From positions 28,085-92,084 of the forward strand of contig JBOGDC010000003.1 in the NCBI GenBank assembly GCA_050701835.1: a stretch of DNA of 64,000 bases. The letters are read 5' to 3'. A program made the translations under genes and the position numbers. The notes beneath the pieces were generated by a model. The model had not been told where the DNA came from and did not search any database. It saw only the letters and a list, made by a program, of their open reading frames with translations. Numbering within the stretch: position 1 is the stretch's first letter; each line of letters opens with the position of its first letter. The DNA comes from Mycobacterium sp. (GTDB taxonomy: Bacteria > Actinomycetota > Actinomycetes > Mycobacteriales > Mycobacteriaceae). Shown piece after piece: positions 52,501-61,669 of this stretch.

Positions 52501-53624
52501 GGTGGTTGCGCATTCTGGGCGCGAAAATTGGCAAGGACACCGAGATTTCGACGGCACTGGTGATGCCGAAGTTCACCGAGGTGGACGACGGGGCCTTCCT
52601 GGCCGACGACACCATGGTCGCCTCCTACGAGCTGGGCGGCGGCTGGATTCACATCGCCAAGGCCCGGATCGGCAAGCGTGCCTTCCTGGGTAATTCCGGT
52701 ATCACCCAGCCGGGCCGCAAGGTCCCCAATGACGCGTTGGTCGCCGTCCTGTCCGCCACTCCGCATAAGGCGAAATCAGGTTCGTCGTGGATCGGCAGCC
52801 CACCGAAGCGGCTGCGCCGGAAGGCCGATGACGCGGATGCCACGCGTACATTCGCGCCGCCGTTCCGGCTCAAGATCATGCGTTCGATCGTCGAAACCTG
52901 CCGAATCATCCCGATCATCGTCACGTTCGGGATCGGCGTCGGGGTGCTGTTGACCCTGCAGACGATCGCCATCCGATCCAATTTCTGGGTGGCCGCGGCG
53001 TTGAGCGGTGTCGTGATGCTGGCTGCCGGGCTGGTGGCGGGCGCGATCAGCGTCGTAGCCAAATGGGTGGTGGTGGGCCGCACAAAGGCCGTCGAGAAAC
53101 CGCTGTGGTCGTCGTTCGTCTGGCGCAATGAGGTCGCCGATACTTTCGTGGAAACGGTTGCCGCCGTGTGGTTTGCGCGCGCCGCCTCGGGGACCGTAAT
53201 GCAGATCTGGTGGCTTCGGAGTCTGGGCGCCAAGATTGGCCGCGGTGTGTGGTGCGAGACCTACTGGTTGCCCGAGGCTGATCTGGTGACGCTGGGCAAG
53301 GGTGCCACCGTGAACCGCGGCTGCGTGGTGCAAACGCATCTCTTCCACGACCGGATCATGCGGATGGACACCGTCACCCTCGGCGAGGGTGCCACTCTGG
53401 GACCACATTGTGTGGCGCTGCCGGCAGCCGAGCTCGGCGCGGGAGCCACCGTCGGTCCCGCCTCGCTGGTGGTCCGCGGTGACGTGGTCCCCCCGTCGAC
53501 CCGGTGGCAGGGCAACCCGATTTCGCCATGGGGCAAGCTGGACCCAATGGCACCTAAGAAATCCAAGGCCGGCAGGGGCCCAAAAGGTAAGGGCCCGCAT
53601 GACGAGGACACAGCGGCCGAATGA
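49593..53624 (+). CDS. Pls-type single-module non-ribosomal peptide synthetase (A-T followed by three membrane-separated hexapeptide-repeat domains)
   Basis: 1343 aa with a GTG start after GAGGAG. Adenylation motifs A1-A10 are all present: LTYSEL, AGAAYVPVD, FTSGSTGTPKGV, FDAS, NTYGPTE, GELVIGGVGLAKYL, YRSGDL, GRADDQVKVGGRRIELGEV, SGKVDR. Carrier motif FFALGGGSLS. No C or TE domain. The C-terminal roughly 720 aa alternate hydrophobic helix pairs with left-handed-helix-like repeat segments. Confidence 0.9.
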   Translation: MTGPDESPTSRAREEAPDPASHPAPHEGPTNRIPPQYLLGKSAAPARTLIDILYSTAAENPDAPAIDDGTVQLTYSELIVDVEASVEWLSTRGIGRGDRVGIRMPSGSYSLYVAILATLAAGAAYVPVDADDPDERAALVFGEAEVAAVITPDGLVRGPGSSRGWRATKPTPRDDAWIIFTSGSTGTPKGVAVTHRNAAAFVDAEAQMFLLDSPIGPEDRVLAGLSVAFDASCEEMWLAWRYGACLVPAPRSLVRSGMDLGPWLVSRDVTVVSTVPTLAALWPAEALEAVRLLIFGGEACPPDLAERLATGEDGAAREVWNTYGPTEATVVACAARLDGMSPVSIGLPLPGWDLAVVDAQGNQVAYGEIGELVIGGVGLAKYLDPDKDAEKYAPLHTLGWSRAYRSGDLVRLEPDGLYFQGRADDQVKVGGRRIELGEVDAALVNLPGVSGGAATVRKTASGTPLLVGYIASADPNFDIAAARASLAESLPAALVPRLVKLDELPTRTSGKVDRNALPWPPPGASADDDAPELGGTMGWLAGLWRDVLAAPIDGPEADFFALGGGSLSAAQLVAALRQRYPQVTVANLYDQPRLGSLATYLDELAPPVAVEPRIVKPVPRLAELAQLVATVPLTTLTGLQWVTWLALANNVFATFSRVPWLVTVNWWVVLAAFVLFITPLGRMSITVIGARLLLSGVKPGTYARGGSVHLRVWIADRLATASGAENLSGAPWMVYYARALGARVGNGVDLHSSPPVTGWLTLGHRSSVEPEVDLSGHWVDGDKFHVGPIIIGDDATVGARTTLFPGSVIGKNADVAPGSGVTGRVKNGQYWKGSPAIKSGKARHPWPDYRPPRAAQWIAIYGITSVLIGGLPLLALAAGLAAVAFGIRDAATICEAVVPALIWTPGAALVSVVIYAGITVVLVRLLSIGVHEGYHPVRSRQGWQLWGTERLMDAARNYLFPIYASLLTPWWLRILGAKIGKDTEISTALVMPKFTEVDDGAFLADDTMVASYELGGGWIHIAKARIGKRAFLGNSGITQPGRKVPNDALVAVLSATPHKAKSGSSWIGSPPKRLRRKADDADATRTFAPPFRLKIMRSIVETCRIIPIIVTFGIGVGVLLTLQTIAIRSNFWVAAALSGVVMLAAGLVAGAISVVAKWVVVGRTKAVEKPLWSSFVWRNEVADTFVETVAAVWFARAASGTVMQIWWLRSLGAKIGRGVWCETYWLPEADLVTLGKGATVNRGCVVQTHLFHDRIMRMDTVTLGEGATLGPHCVALPAAELGAGATVGPASLVVRGDVVPPSTRWQGNPISPWGKLDPMAPKKSKAGRGPKGKGPHDEDTAAE
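49725..51155 (+). other. Adenylation domain of the NRPS (approximate limits)
   Basis: Spans core motifs from LTYSEL (aa ~73) to SGKVDR (Lys511, nt 51123-51125). Confidence 0.8.
51195..51410 (+). other. Thiolation (carrier protein) domain of the NRPS (approximate limits)
   Basis: WRDVL...DFFALGGGSLSAAQLVAALRQRYPQVTVANLYDQPRLGSLATYL. The putative phosphopantetheine serine is Ser566 (nt 51288-51290). Confidence 0.8.
51465..53532 (+). other. Membrane-embedded tri-partite C-terminal region (TM pair, C1, TM pair, C2, TM pair, C3) of the NRPS (approximate limits)
   Basis: Three helix pairs: LVATVPLTTLTGLQWVTWLALANNVF / WWVVLAAFVLFITPLG; IAIYGITSVLIGGLPLLALAAGLAAVAF / ALVSVVIYAGITVVLVRLL; IIPIIVTFGIGVGVLLTLQ / FWVAAALSGVVMLAAGLVAGAISVVA. 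They separate three related soluble segments that each begin W..R.LGA+(V/I)G. Confidence 0.7.
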
Positions 53625-54973
53625 CCAAACCAGGTAAAAAGGCAGCCAAAAAGCTCCCCCCAAGGCCGCCGATTATCGACCCCTACCTGCCACAGAACGG
53701 CAACTACGGATACCGGGTGTCGCGCTACGAGCTGGACCTTGAGTACAAGGTCGCCATCAACCGGCTGACCGGCACCGCGACAATCACTGCCGTCACGCTC
53801 GCCACACTCAAGGAGTTCACCCTCGATCTCGCCGATACCCTCGGAGCCTCGAAGGTGACCGTGAATGGCAGGCGCCCAACACATTTCGGACACCGATCCG
53901 GAAAGATCACCATCAAACTGGTCACCGCCATCCCCGCGGGGGCGGCCATGACGATCGTGATCCGTTACGGCGGCTCGCCACGCCCCATCAACAGCACGTG
54001 GGGAGACGTCGGGTTCGAAGAGCTGTCCAATGGCGCGCTGGTGGCCGGGCAGCCGAACGGCGCGGCGTCCTGGTTCCCCTGTGACGACCACCCCAGCTCC
54101 AAGGCGAGCTACCGATTCGTCATCAGCTGCGACAGCCCCTACTGCGTTGTCTCGAATGGGGAACTCATATCCCGGCGCGTCCGGGCCGCCCACACCACCT
54201 GGACCTACGAACAGCCCGAGCCGATGGCGCCCTACCTGGCGACACTGCAGATCGGGGACTACCAGATGGTCAAGCTCGCCAAGAACCCCGTGTCGATGAA
54301 CGCCGCGCTGCCGTCACGTCTACGCGATCGCTTCGAACATGACTTCGGCAGGCAGCCGCAGATGATGAAGCTGTTCATCAAGCAGTTCGGCCCGTACCCC
54401 TTTGCCGCGGGATACACCGTCGTTGTCGCCGATGACGATCTCGACATTCCTCTTGAAGCACAAAGTATTTCGGTCTTTGGAGCCAACCATTGCGATGGGG
54501 CGCGGCACTCTGAGCGGCTCGTCGCACACGAGCTGGCGCACCAGTGGTTCGGCAATAGCGTCACCGCGCGCCGCTGGCGCGACATTTGGCTCCACGAGGG
54601 GTTCGCCTGTTATGCCGAATGGCTGTGGTCCGAGGAGTCCGGCGGCCCGTCCGCCGATTCCCGTGCGCGCCACTATCACCAGAAGCTGAAGGACCTCCCG
54701 CAGGACTTGATACTGGCCGACCCCGGCCCCCAACTGATGTTCGACGATCGTGTGTACAAACGCGGAGCGCTGACACTGCACGCCTTGCGTTTGCGTCTCG
54801 GTGATACGAAATTCTTTGCGCTACTACAAGACTGGACCACCCGATACCGGCACAGCACCGTCATCACCGACGACTTCACCGGCCTGGCCGCCGCATACTC
54901 CGATGAATCGCTGCGACCGCTGTGGTCCGCATGGCTATACGAGAAACAACTTCCCCCCTTGGGCCGGAAGTGA
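53621..54973 (+). CDS. M1-family zinc metallopeptidase (aminopeptidase N-like), apparently cytoplasmic
   Basis: HELAHQWFGN followed 18 residues later by E in WLHEGFACYAE (HExxH-x18-E). The upstream GQPNGAASWFPCDD block sits where the exopeptidase motif is found in actinobacterial M1 enzymes. There is no hydrophobic signal sequence. The ATG overlaps the NRPS stop. Confidence 0.9.
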   Translation: MTKPGKKAAKKLPPRPPIIDPYLPQNGNYGYRVSRYELDLEYKVAINRLTGTATITAVTLATLKEFTLDLADTLGASKVTVNGRRPTHFGHRSGKITIKLVTAIPAGAAMTIVIRYGGSPRPINSTWGDVGFEELSNGALVAGQPNGAASWFPCDDHPSSKASYRFVISCDSPYCVVSNGELISRRVRAAHTTWTYEQPEPMAPYLATLQIGDYQMVKLAKNPVSMNAALPSRLRDRFEHDFGRQPQMMKLFIKQFGPYPFAAGYTVVVADDDLDIPLEAQSISVFGANHCDGARHSERLVAHELAHQWFGNSVTARRWRDIWLHEGFACYAEWLWSEESGGPSADSRARHYHQKLKDLPQDLILADPGPQLMFDDRVYKRGALTLHALRLRLGDTKFFALLQDWTTRYRHSTVITDDFTGLAAAYSDESLRPLWSAWLYEKQLPPLGRK

Positions 54974-56265
54974 CCGACGCCGGCCCGACTGAGTATGAGC
55001 CTCTTCACCCAAGCGGCTCATCGGTCCGCTCCAGCGTCGCGCGGATCGGCGCCGCCACTGCCATCAGCGCGATCTGCGGCTACACCGTGCTGTATCTGGC
55101 GGCACGAGAGCTCGGTCCCGCACTGTTCTCGGTGTTCGGAGTCTTCTGGGGCGCTTTCGGTTTGGTCACCGGTGCGGCTAACGGGCTGTTGCAGGAAACC
55201 ACCCGCGAAGTGCGGCTTTCGCTAGCACAGCGGGAACGATCGCCACTGTCAACCACTCTGCCGATCAGAATCGCCTTCACGTTCGCGATCGGCTCTGTCG
55301 TCGGGATCGTCGGCACCGCACCACTATGGGCATCGCATGTATTCGCCGAGTTCCGTTGGCTCAGCGTCGCATTGCTTGCCGGTGGGCTCGCCGGGTTCTG
55401 CATGCACGCGACCACACTGGGCGCGCTGGCCGGATCAAACCGCTGGACCCAGTATGGCGTTCTGATGGTGACCGACGCCGGAATCCGACTGGTGGTGGCC
55501 GTTGTCACGTTCGCAGCCACCCTCGGACTCGTCGGCTATCTCTGGGCCACGGTTGCCGGATCGATGTCCTGGCTACTACTCACGTTCGTATCGAAACCCA
55601 CTCGCGCCGCACTGAAAGTGCCCGCCCTCGTAGACACCATGGAGTTCCTGCGCGGCGCCCGGCACTCGATCGCCGCGGCCGCGGCCAGCGCCGTCCTGGT
55701 GATGGGGTTCCCGGTGCTGTTGCAGTCGACGACGGGCGATCTCGGCACCACCGGAGGTGTGGTGATCCTGGCCGTCACGCTGACCCGCGCACCGCTGTTA
55801 GTGCCGCTCACGGCCTTACAGGGCAACCTCATCGCCCATTTTGTGGATGAACGGGATCGGCGCCTGCATGCCCTGCTGACACCTGCGGTCATCATCATCG
55901 GAGTCGGGGTCGCGGGCGTCGCACTCGCAGGATCCATCGGCCCCTGGCTACTGCGGACGGCATTCGATCCGGCATATCAGGCGGGCGGACCGCTTTTGGG
56001 TTGGTTGACCGCCGGCGCGGTGATGATCGCCCTGTTGACCCTGACCGGAGCGGCCACCGTCGCACATGCCCGTCACCGCGCCTACTCGGCCGGGTGGGTA
56101 GGTGCCACGGTGGTGTCGGCGCTGCTATTGCTGCTGCCTCTGGGGTTGGAGGAACGGACGGTGATCGCGTTGATCGGCGGACCCGTCGTCGGAATCGTGG
56201 TGCATGTCGCCGCACTTGCGTTCTGGAATGACAAGCCGGGGACGCTTGACCCCGTCGTCGACTAA
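54970..56265 (+). CDS. Polytopic membrane protein, Wzx/MOP-superfamily flippase/exporter-like
   Basis: About 12-14 hydrophobic helices. The N-terminal pattern ...YLAARELGPALFSVFGVFWGAFGLVTGAANGLLQETTREV resembles polysaccharide-biosynthesis (PST/Wzx) proteins. The GTG start overlaps the M1 stop (GTGA at 54970-54973). Family call is tentative. Confidence 0.6.
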   Translation: MTDAGPTEYEPLHPSGSSVRSSVARIGAATAISAICGYTVLYLAARELGPALFSVFGVFWGAFGLVTGAANGLLQETTREVRLSLAQRERSPLSTTLPIRIAFTFAIGSVVGIVGTAPLWASHVFAEFRWLSVALLAGGLAGFCMHATTLGALAGSNRWTQYGVLMVTDAGIRLVVAVVTFAATLGLVGYLWATVAGSMSWLLLTFVSKPTRAALKVPALVDTMEFLRGARHSIAAAAASAVLVMGFPVLLQSTTGDLGTTGGVVILAVTLTRAPLLVPLTALQGNLIAHFVDERDRRLHALLTPAVIIIGVGVAGVALAGSIGPWLLRTAFDPAYQAGGPLLGWLTAGAVMIALLTLTGAATVAHARHRAYSAGWVGATVVSALLLLLPLGLEERTVIALIGGPVVGIVVHVAALAFWNDKPGTLDPVVD

Positions 56266-56284
56266 TCGTCGAGCACTTATCCGC

Positions 56285-57670
56285 TCAGATCCCCGCCGCG
56301 TGCTCCAACTCCACAAGCGCGGCCTCGAGTCCGTCGGCCATCTCGTCGATATCCGCGGCGACCTCCGGCGTGGTGACAAACCCGAAATCCATGTAATCCA
56401 GGTACGAGAAGCAGGTGATATTGAGGGCCACATCCATCACCGGCGGACCGAGCGGCAACATCTTCTCAAGCTGAGCTCCGGCCATGTACAGCGGAAACTG
56501 TGGGCCCGGCACATTCGACAGCACCAGGTTGATCGGAGCCAGGTTCTTCGATAGGCCGCTCGCCGTGTATGCGCGCGCCGCGAGCTGCAGCAGGCCCGGC
56601 GGGGTGGTGTCGGTGAGCCCCATGATCTGGTGCGCCGACATGGCTTTGGCCATTTCCTTTGCGCCCTGGGTACCTTCGTAGATGGCCCCGATCCGCTCGG
56701 CCGGGTCTTCGATATTGGTGGCCAGCGAAACCGTCATTGAGCTGATCTGGTTTCCGACCGTTCCATCGGTGTCCTCTGAGCGCACCGACACCGGTATCTG
56801 CACGATGAGTGGTTCTACCGGTAGTTCATCGCGTTTGAGCAGGTAGTCGCGGACGGCACCGGCAACGATGGCCAGCACCACATCGTTGACCTTGACGCCG
56901 AAAGCGTCCTTCAATGCCTTCACACGTGCGAGGTCCAGCCGTCCCCCGGCGATCCGGCGATGCGGACCCACATGCGCATTGAACCGGGTGTGCGGAGCCT
57001 CGAAGAATCCGGGCGGCTTGCGATCCATGCCGAAGACCGCCAGCTGCTGGCGCACCGTCTGTTCGACCAGCCTGGCAATCCGGTACGGCGTCTTCACGCC
57101 GATATTGACCAAAGCGCTCAACAGGATTCGCTCAATCCCGGGCTGGCCCTCACCCACCAACGATCCGACGGTGGCCTCGGGCGCCGGGCGGGGTTCGGGG
57201 GTGATATCCATCAGAATCTCACCCAGGCCGGCACCGGAAACACCGTCGACGATGGCATGGTGCATCTTGGTCAGTGTCGCGACGCGACCCCCCTCGACAC
57301 CCTCGATGATCCACAGCTCCCATAGCGGCCGCGACTTGTCCAGCTTGTACGACATCAACCGACCGGCCAGCTCTTCGAGCTCCTTGCGACCGCCGGGCGC
57401 GGGCACCCCTATCCGGCGGATGTGGAAGTCGGGATCTAGATCCTCGTCCTCCACAAACCACGGACGGTCCAGGCCCAGCGGGACGTCCATGATCCGCCAG
57501 CGCAGCTGCGGCATCTGCGGCAATCGCTCGATGATCAGCTCACGCACCCGCTCGAAGCTGTACTCCGGCGCATTCGTGGGGTCGTATACGGACAACCCAC
57601 CAATGTGCATGTGCCAGCCCGCCGTTTCGGCATGCCAGAACGCCGCATCTACCCCAGACAGCCGTTTCAT
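56285..57670 (-). CDS. Wax ester synthase / diacylglycerol acyltransferase (WS/DGAT)
   Basis: [15 protein letters not shown]..., catalytic motif [10 protein letters not shown], and C-terminal NVPGP. ATG at 57668-57670. Confidence 0.9.
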   Translation of the reverse strand: MKRLSGVDAAFWHAETAGWHMHIGGLSVYDPTNAPEYSFERVRELIIERLPQMPQLRWRIMDVPLGLDRPWFVEDEDLDPDFHIRRIGVPAPGGRKELEELAGRLMSYKLDKSRPLWELWIIEGVEGGRVATLTKMHHAIVDGVSGAGLGEILMDITPEPRPAPEATVGSLVGEGQPGIERILLSALVNIGVKTPYRIARLVEQTVRQQLAVFGMDRKPPGFFEAPHTRFNAHVGPHRRIAGGRLDLARVKALKDAFGVKVNDVVLAIVAGAVRDYLLKRDELPVEPLIVQIPVSVRSEDTDGTVGNQISSMTVSLATNIEDPAERIGAIYEGTQGAKEMAKAMSAHQIMGLTDTTPPGLLQLAARAYTASGLSKNLAPINLVLSNVPGPQFPLYMAGAQLEKMLPLGPPVMDVALNITCFSYLDYMDFGFVTTPEVAADIDEMADGLEAALVELEHAAGI

Positions 57671-57776
57671 GGCGCAAACACTAATGCCGTGGCTCGTCCC
57701 TTCCACTGAAATGGAAGGACTCATCGGCGACGGGTGTGAAGTCCGCTGACGGGCTACCGGTGCTACCTTGATCCCA

Positions 57777-58471
57777 GTGAGCAACACCGGTAACAATGAC
57801 GTCTGGCTCGTCATCCCCGCCTACAACGAGGGACCAGTCATCGCCGACGTCATCGCCGCGGCGCTTGGCACCTTCCCCAACATCGTCTGCGTGGACGACG
57901 GCAGCGCCGACCGCAGCGCCGCGCTCGCGCATGGCGCGGGGGCGCATGTGGTCCGCCATCCCGTCAACATGGGCCAAGGCGCGGCCATCCAGACCGGCGT
58001 TGAATACGCACGCACACAGCCCGGTGCACAGATCTTCGTCACATTCGATGCCGACGGGCAACACCAGGTCAAGGATGTGGTGGCCATGGTGGACAGGTTG
58101 CGGCTAGAACCACTCGACATCATCATCGGCACCCGGTTCGGTGCCGGGTCCGCGCCGGGGCATGTGCCGATGATCAAGCGGGTAGTGCTGAAAACCGTTG
58201 TGCTGCTGAGCCCCCGCACCCGCCGCCTCAACCTGACCGACGCTCACAACGGTCTACGCGTCTTCAACCGAACCGTCGCCAATGGCCTCAACATCACCAT
58301 GAACGGGATGGGCCATGCCAGCGAGTTCATCGCGTTGATCGCCGAAAACCATTGGCGAGTGGCCGAACAACCCGTCGACATCCTCTACACCGAATACTCG
58401 ATGGCAAAGGGGCAGTCGCTGCTCAACGGAGTCAACATCATGTTCGACACCGCCTTCCGCAGGAGGCTTCC

Positions 58472-58475
<4 letters not shown>
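57777..58475 (+). CDS. GT2-family polyprenyl-phosphate glycosyltransferase (Rv3631/PpgS-like)
   Basis: [30 protein letters not shown] and GTRF motifs. The start is GTG at 57777 or TTG at 57768. Confidence 0.85.
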
Positions 58476-59821
<1,346 letters not shown>

Positions 59822-59877
59822 CTACCGACCGTGCCTGTTGCTCTTCGCGCAAGCGCTCATCGATAAAGTCTGACCCA

Positions 59878-61659
59878 ATGCCCTTCCGACTTCCTCCCCA
59901 GATGAACCGTGTTGCCGTCGCGGCCGCGGCCCTCATCGCGGCGCACCTCGTGGTGCGCGGTCTGCTGGCGTTCGGAGGCGATTTCTACTGGGATGACCTG
60001 ATCTTGGTCGGCCGCGCCGGCACGCAGGGCCTGTTCTCGCCGTCGTACCTGTTCGACGATCACGACGGGCATGTCATGCCCGCGGCTTTCCTGCTCGCGG
60101 GAACCATCACCAAGCTGGCGCCGCTGAACTGGTTCTGGCCGGCACTGAGCCTGCTGATCCTGCAGGCATTGGGGTCCTTGGCGCTGCTACGGGCATTGTG
60201 GGTAATCCTTGGCTGGCGTCCGGTGCTGCTGGCCCCGCTCACCTTCGCCCTGTTCACACCCCTGGCAATACCCGGATTCACCTGGTGGGCCGCCGCGCTG
60301 AACTCGCTGCCGATGCTGACCGCGATGTGCTGGTTCGTCGGCGACGCGGTCCTGCTGGATCGCACCGGAAACCGCAAGTATGCGGCGACGGCGATGGTGG
60401 CGTTCCTCGGCGGACTGCTGTTCTTCGAGAAATCGGTGGTCATTCCGTTTGTGGCGTTCGCGGTGGTCGCGCTCCTGGCCTATCTACGCGAGGGCAGTTG
60501 GTCGGTGCTGACGTGCACCTGGCGGCGGAGCGCACTGTTGTGGATACCCGCGGGAGTTCTGACCGCCGCGTGGATGGCGCTCTATCTGGTGGTGGTGGAC
60601 CAAAAGCGATGGAGCACCGACCTGTCGATGACGTGGTCGCTGCTACAACGTTCGTTCACGCACGGTGTGCTGCCCGGCTTGGTGGGCGGCCCGTGGCGTT
60701 GGGATCGCTGGGTGCCGAGCTCCCCCTGGGCCGAGCCGTCGTCGGCGGTGATCTGGCTCGGGGCGGTCGCGCTCGCGGCGACGATCGCTCTCACCTGTTT
60801 CCGTAAGCAGCGGCTCGGGGCGGTGTGGTTCACGCTGCTGGGCTATCTGGTAGCCAGCCAAGTGCCGATCTATCTCATGCGTTCGTCCGCGTTCACGGCG
60901 CTGCTGCTCGCACAGACACTGCGGTATCTGCCAGATCTAGTGGTGGTGGCGACGCTCCTCGCAGCGGTCGGGCTCACCGCCCCAAACCGTCGAGGGACCG
61001 GATTCCTGGACAGTTCCCCGCGGCGCACCCTGGTGGTCGCCTTGGCGTTGTCTCTGTTCGTGGCGAGCAGCCTGATATCGACCGTGAGCTATCTGCGTAG
61101 CTGGCGCAATAACCCCGCCTCGCCCTATATCGCCAATGTCAAAGAGTCGCTGGCCGCGGTTGCGGACGGGCCCGCGGTACTCGACCAGGATGTCGATCCG
61201 CTGGTATTGCAGAACGTGGTGCGGCCGGAGAATCTCCTGAGTCATATGTTCGCCCTGGTCCGTCCCCGGCCGGAGATCGCTTCCACCACAACGTACTTAC
61301 GAATGCTTGATCGCAACGGCCGCCTGCTGGACGCACAGGTTACGTGGGTGCGTGCCGTCACCGAGGGGCCGGCGCCCGGCTGCGGTTACCTGGTGCAATC
61401 CACCGAGACCATGCCCCTGACCGGACCATTGCTGCCCGCCGACTGGATCGTCGAATTGAACTATTTGGCCAATACCGAGGGTGCGGTGTGGGCGTCGCTG
61501 ACCAATGGCCCGCGGGTCAAGGTTCCGGTGCGTCCTGGGCTCAACCGGGTGTTCATCAGACTCCCAGGTTCGGGAAATGCACTTACCCTGCAACCGATTA
61601 CGCAGTCGTTATCGCTGTGCGTCGCCGTTGGTCCGGTCGGGGCGCTCGCTCCCCGGTAG
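59878..61659 (+). CDS. Large polytopic membrane protein with C-terminal soluble domain (Rv3635-like; GT-C-like architecture)
   Basis: 593 aa. About 10-12 N-terminal TM helices including an early FYWDDL motif, then a roughly 180-aa hydrophilic C-terminus. The function call rests on architecture and synteny only. Confidence 0.65.
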   Translation: MPFRLPPQMNRVAVAAAALIAAHLVVRGLLAFGGDFYWDDLILVGRAGTQGLFSPSYLFDDHDGHVMPAAFLLAGTITKLAPLNWFWPALSLLILQALGSLALLRALWVILGWRPVLLAPLTFALFTPLAIPGFTWWAAALNSLPMLTAMCWFVGDAVLLDRTGNRKYAATAMVAFLGGLLFFEKSVVIPFVAFAVVALLAYLREGSWSVLTCTWRRSALLWIPAGVLTAAWMALYLVVVDQKRWSTDLSMTWSLLQRSFTHGVLPGLVGGPWRWDRWVPSSPWAEPSSAVIWLGAVALAATIALTCFRKQRLGAVWFTLLGYLVASQVPIYLMRSSAFTALLLAQTLRYLPDLVVVATLLAAVGLTAPNRRGTGFLDSSPRRTLVVALALSLFVASSLISTVSYLRSWRNNPASPYIANVKESLAAVADGPAVLDQDVDPLVLQNVVRPENLLSHMFALVRPRPEIASTTTYLRMLDRNGRLLDAQVTWVRAVTEGPAPGCGYLVQSTETMPLTGPLLPADWIVELNYLANTEGAVWASLTNGPRVKVPVRPGLNRVFIRLPGSGNALTLQPITQSLSLCVAVGPVGALAPR

Positions 61660-61669
61660 ATTAGGAACC

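Noticed and set aside
52776-54193. Two reverse-strand ORFs of 295 and 310 aa over the NRPS 3' end and the M1 peptidase 5' end
   Set aside because: The opposite strand encodes continuous, motif-rich proteins. These ORFs are Arg/Gly/His-rich with no domain features.
49419-57767. Calling the NRPS block a mobile element or genomic island
   Set aside because: I found no integrase, transposase, tRNA attachment site, flanking direct repeats or obvious compositional break by eye. Only the synteny argument supports accessory status.
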